From a virus (lineage: Duplodnaviria; Caudoviricetes): a stretch of 64,000 nt of DNA. Shown here piece after piece: positions 9,902-19,509 of this stretch. Both the position numbers and the translations under genes were made by a program. Location of the stretch: positions 1 to 64,000 of IMG/VR virus record IMGVR_UViG_3300030376_007544; one strand, written 5' to 3'. Positions within the stretch are counted from its first letter, which is position 1; every line of letters begins with the position of its first letter. Below the pieces are notes generated by a model, which saw only the letters and a program-made list of their open reading frames with translations, was not told the DNA's origin and ran no database searches.

Positions 9902-10282
9902 TTACCCGTTTTTGAGCAGTAGGTCAAGGGTGATTGTTAGCCTGTCAACCTCTTGGCTCCAGTCAATCTTTGCCCCAGTAACCCCTCTTTTTAAAAGGTC
10001 ATCTAAGTGTTCTTTTCCTAGTTCTTTTTCAAGCCACCTTGCCCAAACCAAAGGGTTTTTTGATTGCTTCCAGTGACATGAAGCGCACAATGCTACGGCA
10101 TTTCTTTCGTCTGTTCTGGTTGCAGATATAGCCCTTGAGATTATATGGGCACATTGTATCTGTTTGCCATCTTCTTTTCTGATCCCACACCAACGACATT
10201 GAAACCCATCACGAGTCCTAACAACCAAACTGTGTAGTTTTGTTGCCTTTGCTTTTGCCTGCTTCCCGTAACTCGCTGGCAT
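9902..10282 (-). CDS. NinG/Rap-like HNH endonuclease
   Basis: RTRD...CRWCG...CAHIISR...N..ALCASCH; start reassigned to ATG 10282. Confidence 0.75.
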   Translation of the reverse strand: MPASYGKQAKAKATKLHSLVVRTRDGFQCRWCGIRKEDGKQIQCAHIISRAISATRTDERNAVALCASCHWKQSKNPLVWARWLEKELGKEHLDDLLKRGVTGAKIDWSQEVDRLTITLDLLLKNG

Positions 10283-11187
10283 TATAGAGGAATGTTTTGA
10301 TTTATTGGGAAATACCAACCACCATTTGTATGTTGTAATGCATGGTTGGGCATGTCTGGTCTGTGGTGAATTCCAGAATAGTGTAGAATTGCTGCCTCTC
10401 TCCAAAGGTCAGGGTTGTTTGGGGTTGATCCTCTGTGCATTAAGCGACTATGCCATACTAGAACGTCACCCTTGTTAGCCAAGAATTTTTCTATCTTAAG
10501 ATCTCCTTCGGATATTATCTTTTCAAACATCGGAGTCAGGAACTCTTCTGAATACTTTGGCCACAAAGGATCGTAGCGCTGTGCTTCAGTTAGTCTTTCA
10601 AGTGTCTTGTTTTGTGTTATCGTGGGTAATGTGTGTGATCCCCTGATAAACTGAAACGGTCCTGCGTCTTCGTCAACTTCCCCTAAGGAAACCCAAATTG
10701 CTAAGTAGTGATCAGCATTGGAATCAGGATTTAAGTATGCATCTTGGTGCCAGTTTCGTTGAGTTGATTTCCAGCCAGTCAAGTTGAGATTGATTCCCAT
10801 AGGCTCACCGATCAAGGAGCTTATTGCGTCTTGTAATGGGCTAAAGGTTGCAATGTTCATTAGGCTTGGGACTTGATAGTAGGCACATTCACCTGGGTAC
10901 CCCATTGGGCGATCATGGTTTTTCCGGTTGTGCTGTATCCAGTCCTCTCGGTATGCATCAATTAAGTTGTGAGGAATGAAGTTTTCTAGAATAACTACTC
11001 CATCTTTTCGCCAGTCTTTTTGCAAGGGGGTTAAGTTGACCTCATCAACAGTGTCACGATCCAAGAAGGGCAATGCTCCATCTGCAAAATTGTCAGATAA
11101 ACTTTTAATTTCATCTAGTAGATTTGGATTTTTTTCAATCGCTTCACCTAAAAAGTCATTTAATCTTTTATTCATCTGGGTACTCAT
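10282..11187 (-). CDS. PhyH-family Fe(II)/2-oxoglutarate dioxygenase
   Basis: WHQD, GP..F.RGSH, GDVLVWH..L.HRG motifs. Confidence 0.88.
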   Translation of the reverse strand: MSTQMNKRLNDFLGEAIEKNPNLLDEIKSLSDNFADGALPFLDRDTVDEVNLTPLQKDWRKDGVVILENFIPHNLIDAYREDWIQHNRKNHDRPMGYPGECAYYQVPSLMNIATFSPLQDAISSLIGEPMGINLNLTGWKSTQRNWHQDAYLNPDSNADHYLAIWVSLGEVDEDAGPFQFIRGSHTLPTITQNKTLERLTEAQRYDPLWPKYSEEFLTPMFEKIISEGDLKIEKFLANKGDVLVWHSRLMHRGSTPNNPDLWREAAILHYSGIHHRPDMPNHALQHTNGGWYFPINQNIPL

Positions 11188-11689
11188 CTGCGTGCTCCTG
11201 TGAGAGATCCCAATACGGTCTGGCTGCAACTCCAACCTTCCAAGACTCCCTAACTCTTTCTGCCTCGTTATAGTGGTGCTCTGTCTTGCACCAAGATGGC
11301 ATGTGTAAGCCTGTAACCATAGAGTCATATGGGCTTTCTGTAACCCTTATATGACAGGGCCGACAAATTGCGTAAAGGTTTATTCTCTCTAAAATGCTTC
11401 CACCTTGAGATCTATTTACTAATTCGTGTATATCTTGGGTTCTTCTTTGTTTTGCTCTAGGTGTTCCATCATATGCAGCCCAAACTACGCATGCCTCACA
11501 CCACTTCTGCTCTTCAAGCATTTCTCTAACTATTTTCCTACGATTAACATAAGTTTGCTTCATTTTCAAAGAACGCTTTGCCAAAGGAGTCCTTTTCAAT
11601 TCAGAGTTACCACGATTTAATGGCGTCTTTTTAAGCTCACTGTTGCCTCTTTTGAGAGGAGTTCGTTTTAAGGGTTTACTACGTTTCAT
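11168..11689 (-). CDS. HNH-like endonuclease with basic N-terminal repeats
   Basis: CEAC...DIHE...RSQGG...N....CRPCH; LKRTPL repeats. Confidence 0.7.
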   Translation of the reverse strand: MKRSKPLKRTPLKRGNSELKKTPLNRGNSELKRTPLAKRSLKMKQTYVNRRKIVREMLEEQKWCEACVVWAAYDGTPRAKQRRTQDIHELVNRSQGGSILERINLYAICRPCHIRVTESPYDSMVTGLHMPSWCKTEHHYNEAERVRESWKVGVAARPYWDLSQEHADEYPDE

Positions 11690-12783
11690 TTCTTCGCATT
11701 CCTGACTAGTGTTTCAATTGTTTTCCAAAGTTTAGGAGCGCCTACTTTTGTGTCGAACTTCTTAACTTTTTTCCACGCTTTATCTGATTGTTCTTGTCTA
11801 TAGTCTATATCGGTTAAGTCTTTTAAGAGACGAATGTAGTCATTCGGGCTTCTAGCAAGTAATCCAATTCCATGCTTTTCTACTAACTCTTCATATTGTG
11901 GAGAATATGACGCAACAAAGGGAACTCCACCACAAGCATACTCAAGTCCTTTAATGTATGACTTTGCATGGTTAAAAGGAATATCCGTAAGTGGGACAAT
12001 GCCTGCATCGAACAAAAACCCTTTATGCAAGTCGTAGGGTGGTAGAAATGGAGACTTTGTTACGATTCCGCCTGAAACTCCGATCTCTTTCTCAAACACT
12101 GGGGTGTTTGGGATTGGCATATGACCTGTGTGGTGCCATGTTGCAAACTTGCTAATTTGATTGCTGTAAGGCTTAAGTATTTCTAAATCGCCACTTCGGT
12201 GAGCGGTGGACCCCATCCAACCAACTACCATTTTAGGTTTGTCTTTATGTATGCGCCGAGTCTTATACTTTTCACGGTTCACATGGTTTGTATGAAGAAG
12301 GGTGTTTTCGTTCCACTGCTCCATCTTCTTGGCTAAAAATGGCGTTGAGGCAATGACACCATCAGACTGTTCAACAATATTTCTATACCAATTAACATTT
12401 TCACTTGGGTTGAGGGCTGGTAGCGAAGTCTCATAAGCAGAGTTCTTTTCGCTAAGTCCCCAATACCAATCATCAATATCTTGTAATATAATTTGTCCTG
12501 TTGATTGTGCGCTCTTCATATCAGGTAAGACCTGCATGTGCATATACCGTTGCATAACTATAACGTCACAATCAAAATAATCGTTACCGTCCCATGAATG
12601 AATCCCAAAAGTGTGTGTCATTCTGTTGTGCGCCAATATCCCCAGACAACACTCGTGTCCTAGGGACTGTAAAACTTTTATGTACTGGCCTATCCGTATG
12701 TGTCCAGAGCCTCCCATGACAGGACGCCCAAGGGGATCTAAAACACTTCTAGACCAATCATGTGTCGCAAATCCGACTTTCAT
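11686..12783 (-). CDS. Glycosyltransferase (GT-B fold)
   Basis: DIDD, GWMGS..H..DL, FNHAKS.IK.LEY...GVP. Confidence 0.85.
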   Translation of the reverse strand: MKVGFATHDWSRSVLDPLGRPVMGGSGHIRIGQYIKVLQSLGHECCLGILAHNRMTHTFGIHSWDGNDYFDCDVIVMQRYMHMQVLPDMKSAQSTGQIILQDIDDWYWGLSEKNSAYETSLPALNPSENVNWYRNIVEQSDGVIASTPFLAKKMEQWNENTLLHTNHVNREKYKTRRIHKDKPKMVVGWMGSTAHRSGDLEILKPYSNQISKFATWHHTGHMPIPNTPVFEKEIGVSGGIVTKSPFLPPYDLHKGFLFDAGIVPLTDIPFNHAKSYIKGLEYACGGVPFVASYSPQYEELVEKHGIGLLARSPNDYIRLLKDLTDIDYRQEQSDKAWKKVKKFDTKVGAPKLWKTIETLVRNAKK

Positions 12784-13263
12784 TTAAAAGCTCCATTTAC
12801 CTTCTATAGTTTTCCACAGTGCATGATCTGTCTCTGTTATGGATTCTTTTTTCTCTTCTTTAATGCGCTTATGAGTAATAATTGCATCTCTAAGAAAGTA
12901 AACTAACTTGTTCTCTTCGTTTGGTTCTTCACCTAGACGAATTAGTCTATCTACTTCAGCGAGTCGTTTTTCGGCGTGGAAACGAAAGCGAACTGCTTTT
13001 TCCTTGTTTTGTTCAAGGGAAGCTGCGGGATCTGTCTCGAAATCATCATACCCTTCTCGTATTTGGTCAATCTCTTTTTGAAGTTCTTCAATCTTACTAG
13101 AGACAGTTTCGATTATAACTATTAAAGCCTCTTTCCAAGTGTGCCAATTTTCGGGTAATCTTATAAAGTCTTTGTCGGCTTGTGAGCCTTTACCTTTTAT
13201 GTCTTCTGATACTATGAGTTCAAACTCTTTCATGCGTCCCATTACTTCCTCCATGCCGGACAA
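12784..13263 (-). CDS. Hypothetical protein
   Basis: ORF in tight operon. Confidence 0.7.
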   Translation of the reverse strand: MSGMEEVMGRMKEFELIVSEDIKGKGSQADKDFIRLPENWHTWKEALIVIIETVSSKIEELQKEIDQIREGYDDFETDPAASLEQNKEKAVRFRFHAEKRLAEVDRLIRLGEEPNEENKLVYFLRDAIITHKRIKEEKKESITETDHALWKTIEGKWSF

Positions 13264-14030
13264 ATTTTCTTATAATTACACCAGTTGCACAAAGGTCCAG
13301 TACGAGTTTCAAACTCACCAGACTCACAACTAACTACCAACTCGTCCCAAGTGGACTTAACGTCATTTGAAACTTTGTCTACAAGATTTTCGGTTACATC
13401 GTATTTAGCAAACTGTCCTGATTTAAGATAAAGCAGTTCTGCACGCTCTATTTCTTTTTCTAGTTCCTTGCCAAGAAGAATGCTGTATATTGTTATCTGC
13501 ATTTTCTTTTCCCACTCGTATTGTGGGCGAGGCTTTTTGCCAGTCTTGTAGTCAGAAATTACAATCTTGTCATTTTCAAGTGTCCACCGATCAATAATCC
13601 CATAAATAGGAACACCCAAAATGTCTCCGTTCATCTTTGCTTCTATTCCGCCCGCATCAAATGAAGTTGGATCCTCCATTAAGAAGTAATTCTCAATGCA
13701 CCACCATGCTTTCCATCGGAACTCATTATCATCACTACGTTGATCTAAAGCAAAGAATTCTTCTGCCCAACTTTTGTCCCACAAGTCTTTTGCGAGGCGT
13801 CGAGACGTTTGCTCTGTTCTCTCTTCTGCTGGCAACTTAAAAAGATCTTCCAGTACTTCATGGACGAACGATCCTAGTACCTGTGCCTCGGTTGACGGCT
13901 CTGGTATTTTATCAAGTTTAGCATACTTGTAGCGCATGGGGCACTGATTAAACGTGCCAATAGAACTAGGAGACATGTACGATGGTGTTTTGTAGGGCAA
14001 GTCTCCGACTGGAAGACTATCCTGCATCAT
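13242..14030 (-). CDS. PD-(D/E)XK RecB-like exonuclease
   Basis: SPSS...CP, G.IDR, DYKTG, Q...Y, C-terminal CxxCx5C. Confidence 0.9.
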   Translation of the reverse strand: MMQDSLPVGDLPYKTPSYMSPSSIGTFNQCPMRYKYAKLDKIPEPSTEAQVLGSFVHEVLEDLFKLPAEERTEQTSRRLAKDLWDKSWAEEFFALDQRSDDNEFRWKAWWCIENYFLMEDPTSFDAGGIEAKMNGDILGVPIYGIIDRWTLENDKIVISDYKTGKKPRPQYEWEKKMQITIYSILLGKELEKEIERAELLYLKSGQFAKYDVTENLVDKVSNDVKSTWDELVVSCESGEFETRTGPLCNWCNYKKICPAWRK

Positions 14031-14664
14031 CGTCTCCATCACTAGCAGCTTTAACAAACTCTAGCATTTGTGCAAGTTTTTCACGATTTATGTTTTCGTT
14101 TTCAAAAGAAGCGCCATTTGAAATGGTTGCCCAGTGATTTTTAGCATCTTCTATGACTTGTTGACTTTGAGCATTTAAAACATCACGCAACTTTTTAAAA
14201 TGTTCTGATGAAATTGGATCATCAGCACTATCTTCCAACGCTTCTAAATGTAGGGATTCTTCCGATCTAGCCAAGTAAAGACCAACTCCAAAATGCTGGG
14301 CCGCTTTCTTTAAAGCGTCTGATACGGCTCCCTTCATCTCATCACCCAAATCTAAGATATCTCCGTTTCGAGTTCTTTTAATTTTCTGTCCCCCTACCCC
14401 GTCTTTAACAATCGTGATTGCAGGGGCATCATTAGTGGGTACAAAAGTAGCAGTGAGTCGAACATGTGCCACAATATAATCAGGGTCAAGAGCATCTCGT
14501 TCACACCTTTCAATAGTATACGACCACATATCCACTCCAAGAACCTTGTTTAGCCGAGTGATAACCTCGCTAACTGGGATATATGTAAGGCTTGTTCCGC
14601 CTTTTTTTAATTGCCGTTCTACCTCTTGTGGGAACGGCTCGGATAGAGCGTCTAGTACGTTCAT
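14017..14664 (-). CDS. Rad52/Rad22-like single-strand annealing protein
   Basis: LTYIP...VITRLN.VLG...W, KGAVSDALKKAA..FGVGLYL. Confidence 0.88.
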   Translation of the reverse strand: MNVLDALSEPFPQEVERQLKKGGTSLTYIPVSEVITRLNKVLGVDMWSYTIERCERDALDPDYIVAHVRLTATFVPTNDAPAITIVKDGVGGQKIKRTRNGDILDLGDEMKGAVSDALKKAAQHFGVGLYLARSEESLHLEALEDSADDPISSEHFKKLRDVLNAQSQQVIEDAKNHWATISNGASFENENINREKLAQMLEFVKAASDGDDDAG

Positions 14665-15173
14665 TCTGATCTCCTAATCACAATGTTTTTCTTCGGTGGA
14701 CTAACCTCACAATACTCATCAGCATCAAGGTGTAGTTCTTTTAGTTTGCCAACTTTCCAGTAGGAAACTCCCATGTATTGGGTAAACTCTCGTAACATAT
14801 CTAAGGGGGTTTTTGTTACCTCCCCAGTGTCGATGTCTACGCTAGTGTTTACAATTCTACGGGCAACATCATCAGAGATTGAAGCGTGATCCCACTTTTT
14901 TCGTGAAGATCCAGCTTTAATTTCAACTGTTGCGCCATCAACTGCAATAGGTGAGGCAAAGTAGTCATACTCGTCAGTTATGATAGATTGAAGTTCATTA
15001 TACAGCGCCCCGACTTGACTTTTTACTTCGTGCAAGTTGGTGGCGACTTGTAGTACTTCTTTAGGGTCGGCGTCTAGTTTAGACTTAGATAATTTGTATA
15101 TGTCTGATTCTAAAAGATTTAGCAATTCCGCAATCGAATCAACAGTATCTTTTGTATCGTTAGTAGGATTCAT
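14661..15173 (-). CDS. Hypothetical protein (recombination module)
   Basis: ORF overlapping the Rad52-like gene start. Confidence 0.7.
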   Translation of the reverse strand: MNPTNDTKDTVDSIAELLNLLESDIYKLSKSKLDADPKEVLQVATNLHEVKSQVGALYNELQSIITDEYDYFASPIAVDGATVEIKAGSSRKKWDHASISDDVARRIVNTSVDIDTGEVTKTPLDMLREFTQYMGVSYWKVGKLKELHLDADEYCEVSPPKKNIVIRRSE

Positions 15174-15229
15174 CTTTCTCCAATAATAAATAGTAGATAT
15201 ATAAATTATACTCTACCCAGAGAAAAAAG

Positions 15230-15628
15230 TCAATCCTCTTGTAAAAGTCTTTCAAGAGTATCGTTGAAATTCGAATCACTAGGGTTTTGGGTTAGCAACA
15301 AATTGTCCACTATCCCCTTCAAGGAATCCCCTAAATATGTAGTGGCGCTTTCTTTTATTAGCGAATTGATTTCTTCTTCGCTAAATGAATCTGCAAGGGC
15401 CTCCACTGACATCGCAACCTTCTCAGCGATCATTTCATCTAGACCTTCATTAAAGAACTCCTCTGAAATTCCCACCATCATCTTTTGGGGTTCCCATGTT
15501 AATATGCTGTACGGCAAGCCATTTAAAGCGTGGGCAGTCGTTGTGACAAAGGTTATCGTAACAGGACCCTCTTTTAGAATTGCTAGTATGTCTGGGTCTA
15601 AATTAGTTCTTTTATACTTGTCAGCCAT
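15230..15628 (-). CDS. Hypothetical protein
   Basis: ORF coupled to whiB. Confidence 0.65.
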   Translation of the reverse strand: MADKYKRTNLDPDILAILKEGPVTITFVTTTAHALNGLPYSILTWEPQKMMVGISEEFFNEGLDEMIAEKVAMSVEALADSFSEEEINSLIKESATTYLGDSLKGIVDNLLLTQNPSDSNFNDTLERLLQED

Positions 15629-15854
15629 TTACCTTAGCCAGCTCCCTAGATATTTCTGGACCAGTTTTTCCACCCCAAACGCCTAGTATCAGTTCTGATT
15701 CTAAAGCAAACTTTAGGCAGTTTTCTGTATTCTCACAGTCTGTTGTACATATTTTAACAGCTTCTTTCCGATCACTTGGGTGGCTCGAAAAGAAAAGCCT
15801 GTCTTGTCCAGCACATGGTGCTTCTTTAAACCACTCTGGGGCATGCGCACTCAT
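15621..15854 (-). CDS. whiB: WhiB-family Fe-S transcription factor
   Basis: W...A.C...FF...C...C.....C...GVWGG. Confidence 0.9.
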   Translation of the reverse strand: MSAHAPEWFKEAPCAGQDRLFFSSHPSDRKEAVKICTTDCENTENCLKFALESELILGVWGGKTGPEISRELAKVNG

Positions 15855-15964
15855 TGATGTCCTTTCTACTTGTATTCTACCTTCTATTTTAGGGTCACAA
15901 TGTCAAGCAGACAACCCACTTTTGGCGGTCCTCTAATATCAATACTCATATCATCTTCTCCCTA

Positions 15965-16261
15965 TTAAAATAATTTCGCTTTAGTCATGTTTGTGACTTG
16001 GCAATCGTGGTCTTGAATGAGTTCACTCAATATAGACAACGCTACCTCAATTGTTAAATTTTTGTCTATGACTTTTACATCGCCTCGATGAGAAGTATTT
16101 GTAAGTCCAAACGAAATGAAGTATGATTTTGCATTGTTCATCCAGAGCGTAGCGTTGTACCTTGCACCAGACCGTTGTGCGGCGCTGAACAAGGTGACAA
16201 ACTCATACTCTTCACTTATGATCTCATCAAACTTTATTTTTGTCTCTTCTGATGTATACAT
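15965..16261 (-). CDS. Hypothetical protein
   Basis: ORF track; operon context. Confidence 0.55.
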   Translation of the reverse strand: MYTSEETKIKFDEIISEEYEFVTLFSAAQRSGARYNATLWMNNAKSYFISFGLTNTSHRGDVKVIDKNLTIEVALSILSELIQDHDCQVTNMTKAKLF

Positions 16262-16406
16262 TTCCGTTAACCAACTTTATGCATGTTAGGGGTCCTGCTA
16301 GGACCGTTTTTCTGTTATCTATTCTGGGCAATCGAAACACGGCTCCTTCTTCGATGTCTCTGTCGAACAAGCACGTTTCGGGTCTGCCGTTTATAAAAGT
16401 AGTCAC
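16227..16406 (-). CDS. Hypothetical 59-aa protein (not in ORF track)
   Basis: AGGAG RBS, GTG start, MTTFINGRPETC... Confidence 0.5.
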   Translation of the reverse strand: MTTFINGRPETCLFDRDIEEGAVFRLPRIDNRKTVLAGPLTCIKLVNGNVYIRRDKNKV

Positions 16407-16440
16407 TTTTCTCCTCTCTACTTTTGTTTGTAGTGTGTAA

Positions 16441-17050
16441 TATTTTGTTTTAAGTTGCTATGGGGGTTCCATGTCATTACCTCCTTACTTGTATTTGTCA
16501 GTGATCGTGGAATTTCTGTCCGGTAGTATCTCTATAAAGGAACAACCACCGATTTTTCGTTTTGCGGTATTTTTCCTAAATTATTTTGTTTTTATTTTGC
16601 TATGGGGGTTCCATTTTCCCACCTCCTACTTCTTCAGCTACTTCTTCAGGAGAGGTGAATGGAAAATCTTGCACAGTTCGTAAAAGTTTTTCATATTTAC
16701 CTCCTCAGGCTTATTTTTGCCACAGTATCTCTGCGCTGGTCCCATAAGGATCAAGAGGAGAATAATTCTCTTTTTTGCGTAGTGTGTAAAAGTTTTTCAT
16801 ATTTGTCTCCATACTCCTATAGTCGGATGTGGTGGAATTTCCGTCCAGCATATTTATCTCCTCCCTTTGTCTTGAGGAGTTGAAACGCAAATCTTGCGCA
16901 GTTTGTAAAAGTTTTTCATATTTAATTACTTCCCCGCCGATTTCTTTTCTCGGCGTCTATAAGGAACAACCCTCGTTTTTTCGTTTTGGGGCGTATTCTG
17001 TAAATTGTTTGCTAAGGACCTAGGAGAGGTGAATGGAAAATCTTGCACTT
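16441..17050. repeat. Mosaic of dispersed direct repeats at the strand-switch point (candidate origin/regulatory region)
   Basis: GCTATGGGGGTTCCAT x2 (16457, 16599); AGGAGAGGTGAATGGAAAATCTTGCAC x2 (16648, 17022); GTAAAAGTTTTTCATATTT x3 (16680, 16786, 16905). Confidence 0.8.
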
Positions 17051-17077
17051 GACATGAAAGAAATAAAGCTTTACGAT
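17049..17077 (+). promoter_or_regulatory. Sigma70/SigA-type promoter
   Basis: TTGACA-17-TACGAT. Confidence 0.7.
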
Positions 17078-17083
17078 AGAAAG

Positions 17084-17500
17084 CAAACTCAAGGAGAAAA
17101 CAAACACAAAAGAAACCGGGATATCCCGATGACATAAAGGTTTACAGAAGGACCGGAGGGTTACACTCGTTACGCAATTGGTGACAGGTAAGACACACGG
17201 GCACGCCTACCCAAAGAGGAAAGATTTGAATCGCACGATAAACTGGAATAACATCTTGGACGAGATGCCAGTCACTGCACGGAGAGCATTAAGCCTTGAG
17301 GGATAGGTTCGAGACTAGCAACAGCCCAAGCAGTTTCGACACACGGGCATCCAGAGCCATATCTGGGGAGAGTGGGCGCACTGAATAAAATAGGTGCGTT
17401 TGGGGTCCAAGACGTAAACAGATCTTACATTTCTATTACAGGTTCAACCTAGTGCCTCTCGTGTAGCAGCGTCTACTACCACACGAAAGGGAGGGAGAGC
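17084..17500 (+). ncRNA. Candidate ~420-nt structured non-coding RNA
   Basis: Own promoter, no ORF, multiple stems with G-U pairs (see findings). Confidence 0.55.
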
Positions 17501-17536
17501 CTTGCCAAAAACAAGTTAGAAGAGTAGAATAGAAGC

Positions 17537-17734
17537 ATGAAGAAAGAGTTTGTAGTCAGAGCAACCTATGAAATTGTCGTAGAAGAGGACTGCGGTGTGG
17601 AAGCCCTTCACACTGGGCTTGACTTTCTCTCAGAGCACTCTCCATCAAGGTGGTCGGTGAAGCAGGTCGGGGTGTCGCCGGAAGTTCCTGAATCGAAAGA
17701 GGTCTCCGAGTTCAGCAAGAAGCGGGAACTCTAA
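17537..17734 (+). CDS. Hypothetical protein (leaderless)
   Basis: ATG 6 nt after TAGAAT. Confidence 0.6.
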   Translation: MKKEFVVRATYEIVVEEDCGVEALHTGLDFLSEHSPSRWSVKQVGVSPEVPESKEVSEFSKKREL

Positions 17735-17735
17735 A

Positions 17736-18254
17736 ATGGTGCAGAGCAAAAAGGAGATCGAAGCTTGGTACCACGATGCGGACCCTTGGAAATATCGCAT
17801 AGACCCCGAAGATGCCTACAGAAAAAAGTTTTACCTAGCTGTTCTTGAAGACGTTGGACCTAGGTACAGTAGAGTCCTAGACGTAGGTGCAGGGGAAGGC
17901 TGGATAACGAAAGACTTGCCCGCAGACGAAAAGCACGCAATAGAATACAGCGACAACGCCTCAGATCGCTTCCCTGACTCCGTGAAACGACTAGACACCC
18001 CAGAGGGAACGTATGACTTGGTAATGACTACTGGAACTCTGTACGCTCAGTACGATCACGAACTTATAGCCAAAAATGTTGTAAGTGCGTCTTCTGAGGG
18101 GACACACGTTTTTATTGGGGGAATAAAGGACTGGCTACTCCCATATGACTTTGGAACAAAAATCAGGCACTTTGAGTTGCCCTACAGAGAGTACACGCAC
18201 GTAATAGACGTCTACGAGTTCACCCATGAAGTTAAGTGGAGTTGGTTAAAATGA
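17736..18254 (+). CDS. Class I SAM-dependent methyltransferase, NodS-like
   Basis: N-terminal Y...DPW.Y, VLDVGAGEG, YDLV...LY. Confidence 0.75.
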   Translation: MVQSKKEIEAWYHDADPWKYRIDPEDAYRKKFYLAVLEDVGPRYSRVLDVGAGEGWITKDLPADEKHAIEYSDNASDRFPDSVKRLDTPEGTYDLVMTTGTLYAQYDHELIAKNVVSASSEGTHVFIGGIKDWLLPYDFGTKIRHFELPYREYTHVIDVYEFTHEVKWSWLK

Positions 18255-18775
18255 GACTAGCACACAACATCGGAACAGAGAAGCATTCTAACTACCATAC
18301 ACGAGAACAAATACTTGCTTGTGATGAGCCTATTGGGTTTGATGGAGTTTACCTCAATGTATACGAGAACCAAGACGTTCTTGAAGGGAAGTCAGGGATA
18401 ATGTTTGTGATGGGAGACTACATGGGGCGAGGAAACGCTTTTGATCTCATGAACGTTCCCAAATTAGAGAAGTACTGTACTTTAGCGCAAGTAAAAGAAA
18501 TGTGTAATAAGTACGACTTCGAGTTGGGGTGGCACACGTGGTCACACCGAAATCTTTGCTATCTAAGCGATAAGGAAGTATTGCAAGAAATAACTTCTCC
18601 TTTTCCCACCAAGTATTTACGATACCCACATGGGGAATACGACAACAGGGTTGTTGAGTTGGTAAAGCAAGCAGGCTATGAAAAAGCATACTCTGTCACA
18701 CAAGGAGTCTTAGCAGGGGACGCCCCTGATTCACAATACAAAATTTTTAGCGACTACGTTGATTGGATACCATAA
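18251..18775 (+). CDS. Polysaccharide deacetylase (NodB/CE4)
   Basis: FDG, GWHTWSH, RYPHGEY motifs. Confidence 0.85.
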   Translation: MRLAHNIGTEKHSNYHTREQILACDEPIGFDGVYLNVYENQDVLEGKSGIMFVMGDYMGRGNAFDLMNVPKLEKYCTLAQVKEMCNKYDFELGWHTWSHRNLCYLSDKEVLQEITSPFPTKYLRYPHGEYDNRVVELVKQAGYEKAYSVTQGVLAGDAPDSQYKIFSDYVDWIP

Positions 18776-19509
18776 CAATGTCCCTAGTGTCCGCCAAAGA
18801 AGTTTACCTTAAAAAAGGTGTTGCCGTACTTCCCGCAGTTTTTACAGAAGAAGAATGTGACAGAATGAAGGTTGAGGCATACTCGGTAACAGATGAGCAA
18901 ATAACAAAAGCAAGATACCCTCATGTGCCAAGCGAGCAAGCATACAACAAGAAGTCACTAATATTTTTTCCTGCACTAGCAAACTTTTACCTAAATAAAG
19001 TTAGAACAGATCCAAGAATGGTTGATATAGTTAGCACATTTCTAGGTGACAATGTTCGTCAAATAAACAACCAAGTCTACTTTAGAGAACCCAACGATCT
19101 AGACACATTTGCTTGGCACAGAGATGACATCTTCCGTGAAAGCGATTTATTTACTGAAGCAGTTTCAACTGACTACCTTCAAACCATTATAGCAATAGAC
19201 GACATTACAGAAGATAATGGCGCTGTAGAGTTTATCGAAGGCTCACATGACTGGCCAAGTTTTGAAGCCCCTAGGGACTTACGGAATTTTACCCGATCAG
19301 GACTATCGGGAACCAAGTACATAGCGCTAAAAGGAGATGTAATGGTATGGTCCGTAATGATTGTACACGGAAGTGAAGCAAACACTTCAAACTTGTCCAG
19401 AATGACTTACATGAATGGATTTTGTAAAGCTGACAGTGTAAGTTCATATCCAGACTACCTTAAAAACGGCAAGGTTGTCCACGAGATAAACCCAGAAAGG
19501 ATACCGTAA
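18763..19509 (+). CDS. PhyH-family Fe(II)/2-oxoglutarate dioxygenase
   Basis: WHRD, NGA.EF..GSH, GD...W....VHGS..N. Confidence 0.88.
   Translation: MDTITMSLVSAKEVYLKKGVAVLPAVFTEEECDRMKVEAYSVTDEQITKARYPHVPSEQAYNKKSLIFFPALANFYLNKVRTDPRMVDIVSTFLGDNVRQINNQVYFREPNDLDTFAWHRDDIFRESDLFTEAVSTDYLQTIIAIDDITEDNGAVEFIEGSHDWPSFEAPRDLRNFTRSGLSGTKYIALKGDVMVWSVMIVHGSEANTSNLSRMTYMNGFCKADSVSSYPDYLKNGKVVHEINPERIP

Noticed and set aside
16240-17135. Short ORFs across the 16.2-17.1 kb intergenic region on either strand in the ORF track
   Set aside because: Low-complexity Phe/Ser-rich translations of repeats without credible starts.
17084-17500. RNase P RNA or tmRNA
   Set aside because: GAGGAAAG is present but not followed by UCC, and no matching 3' P4 strand was found; no tRNA-like ends or tag ORF.
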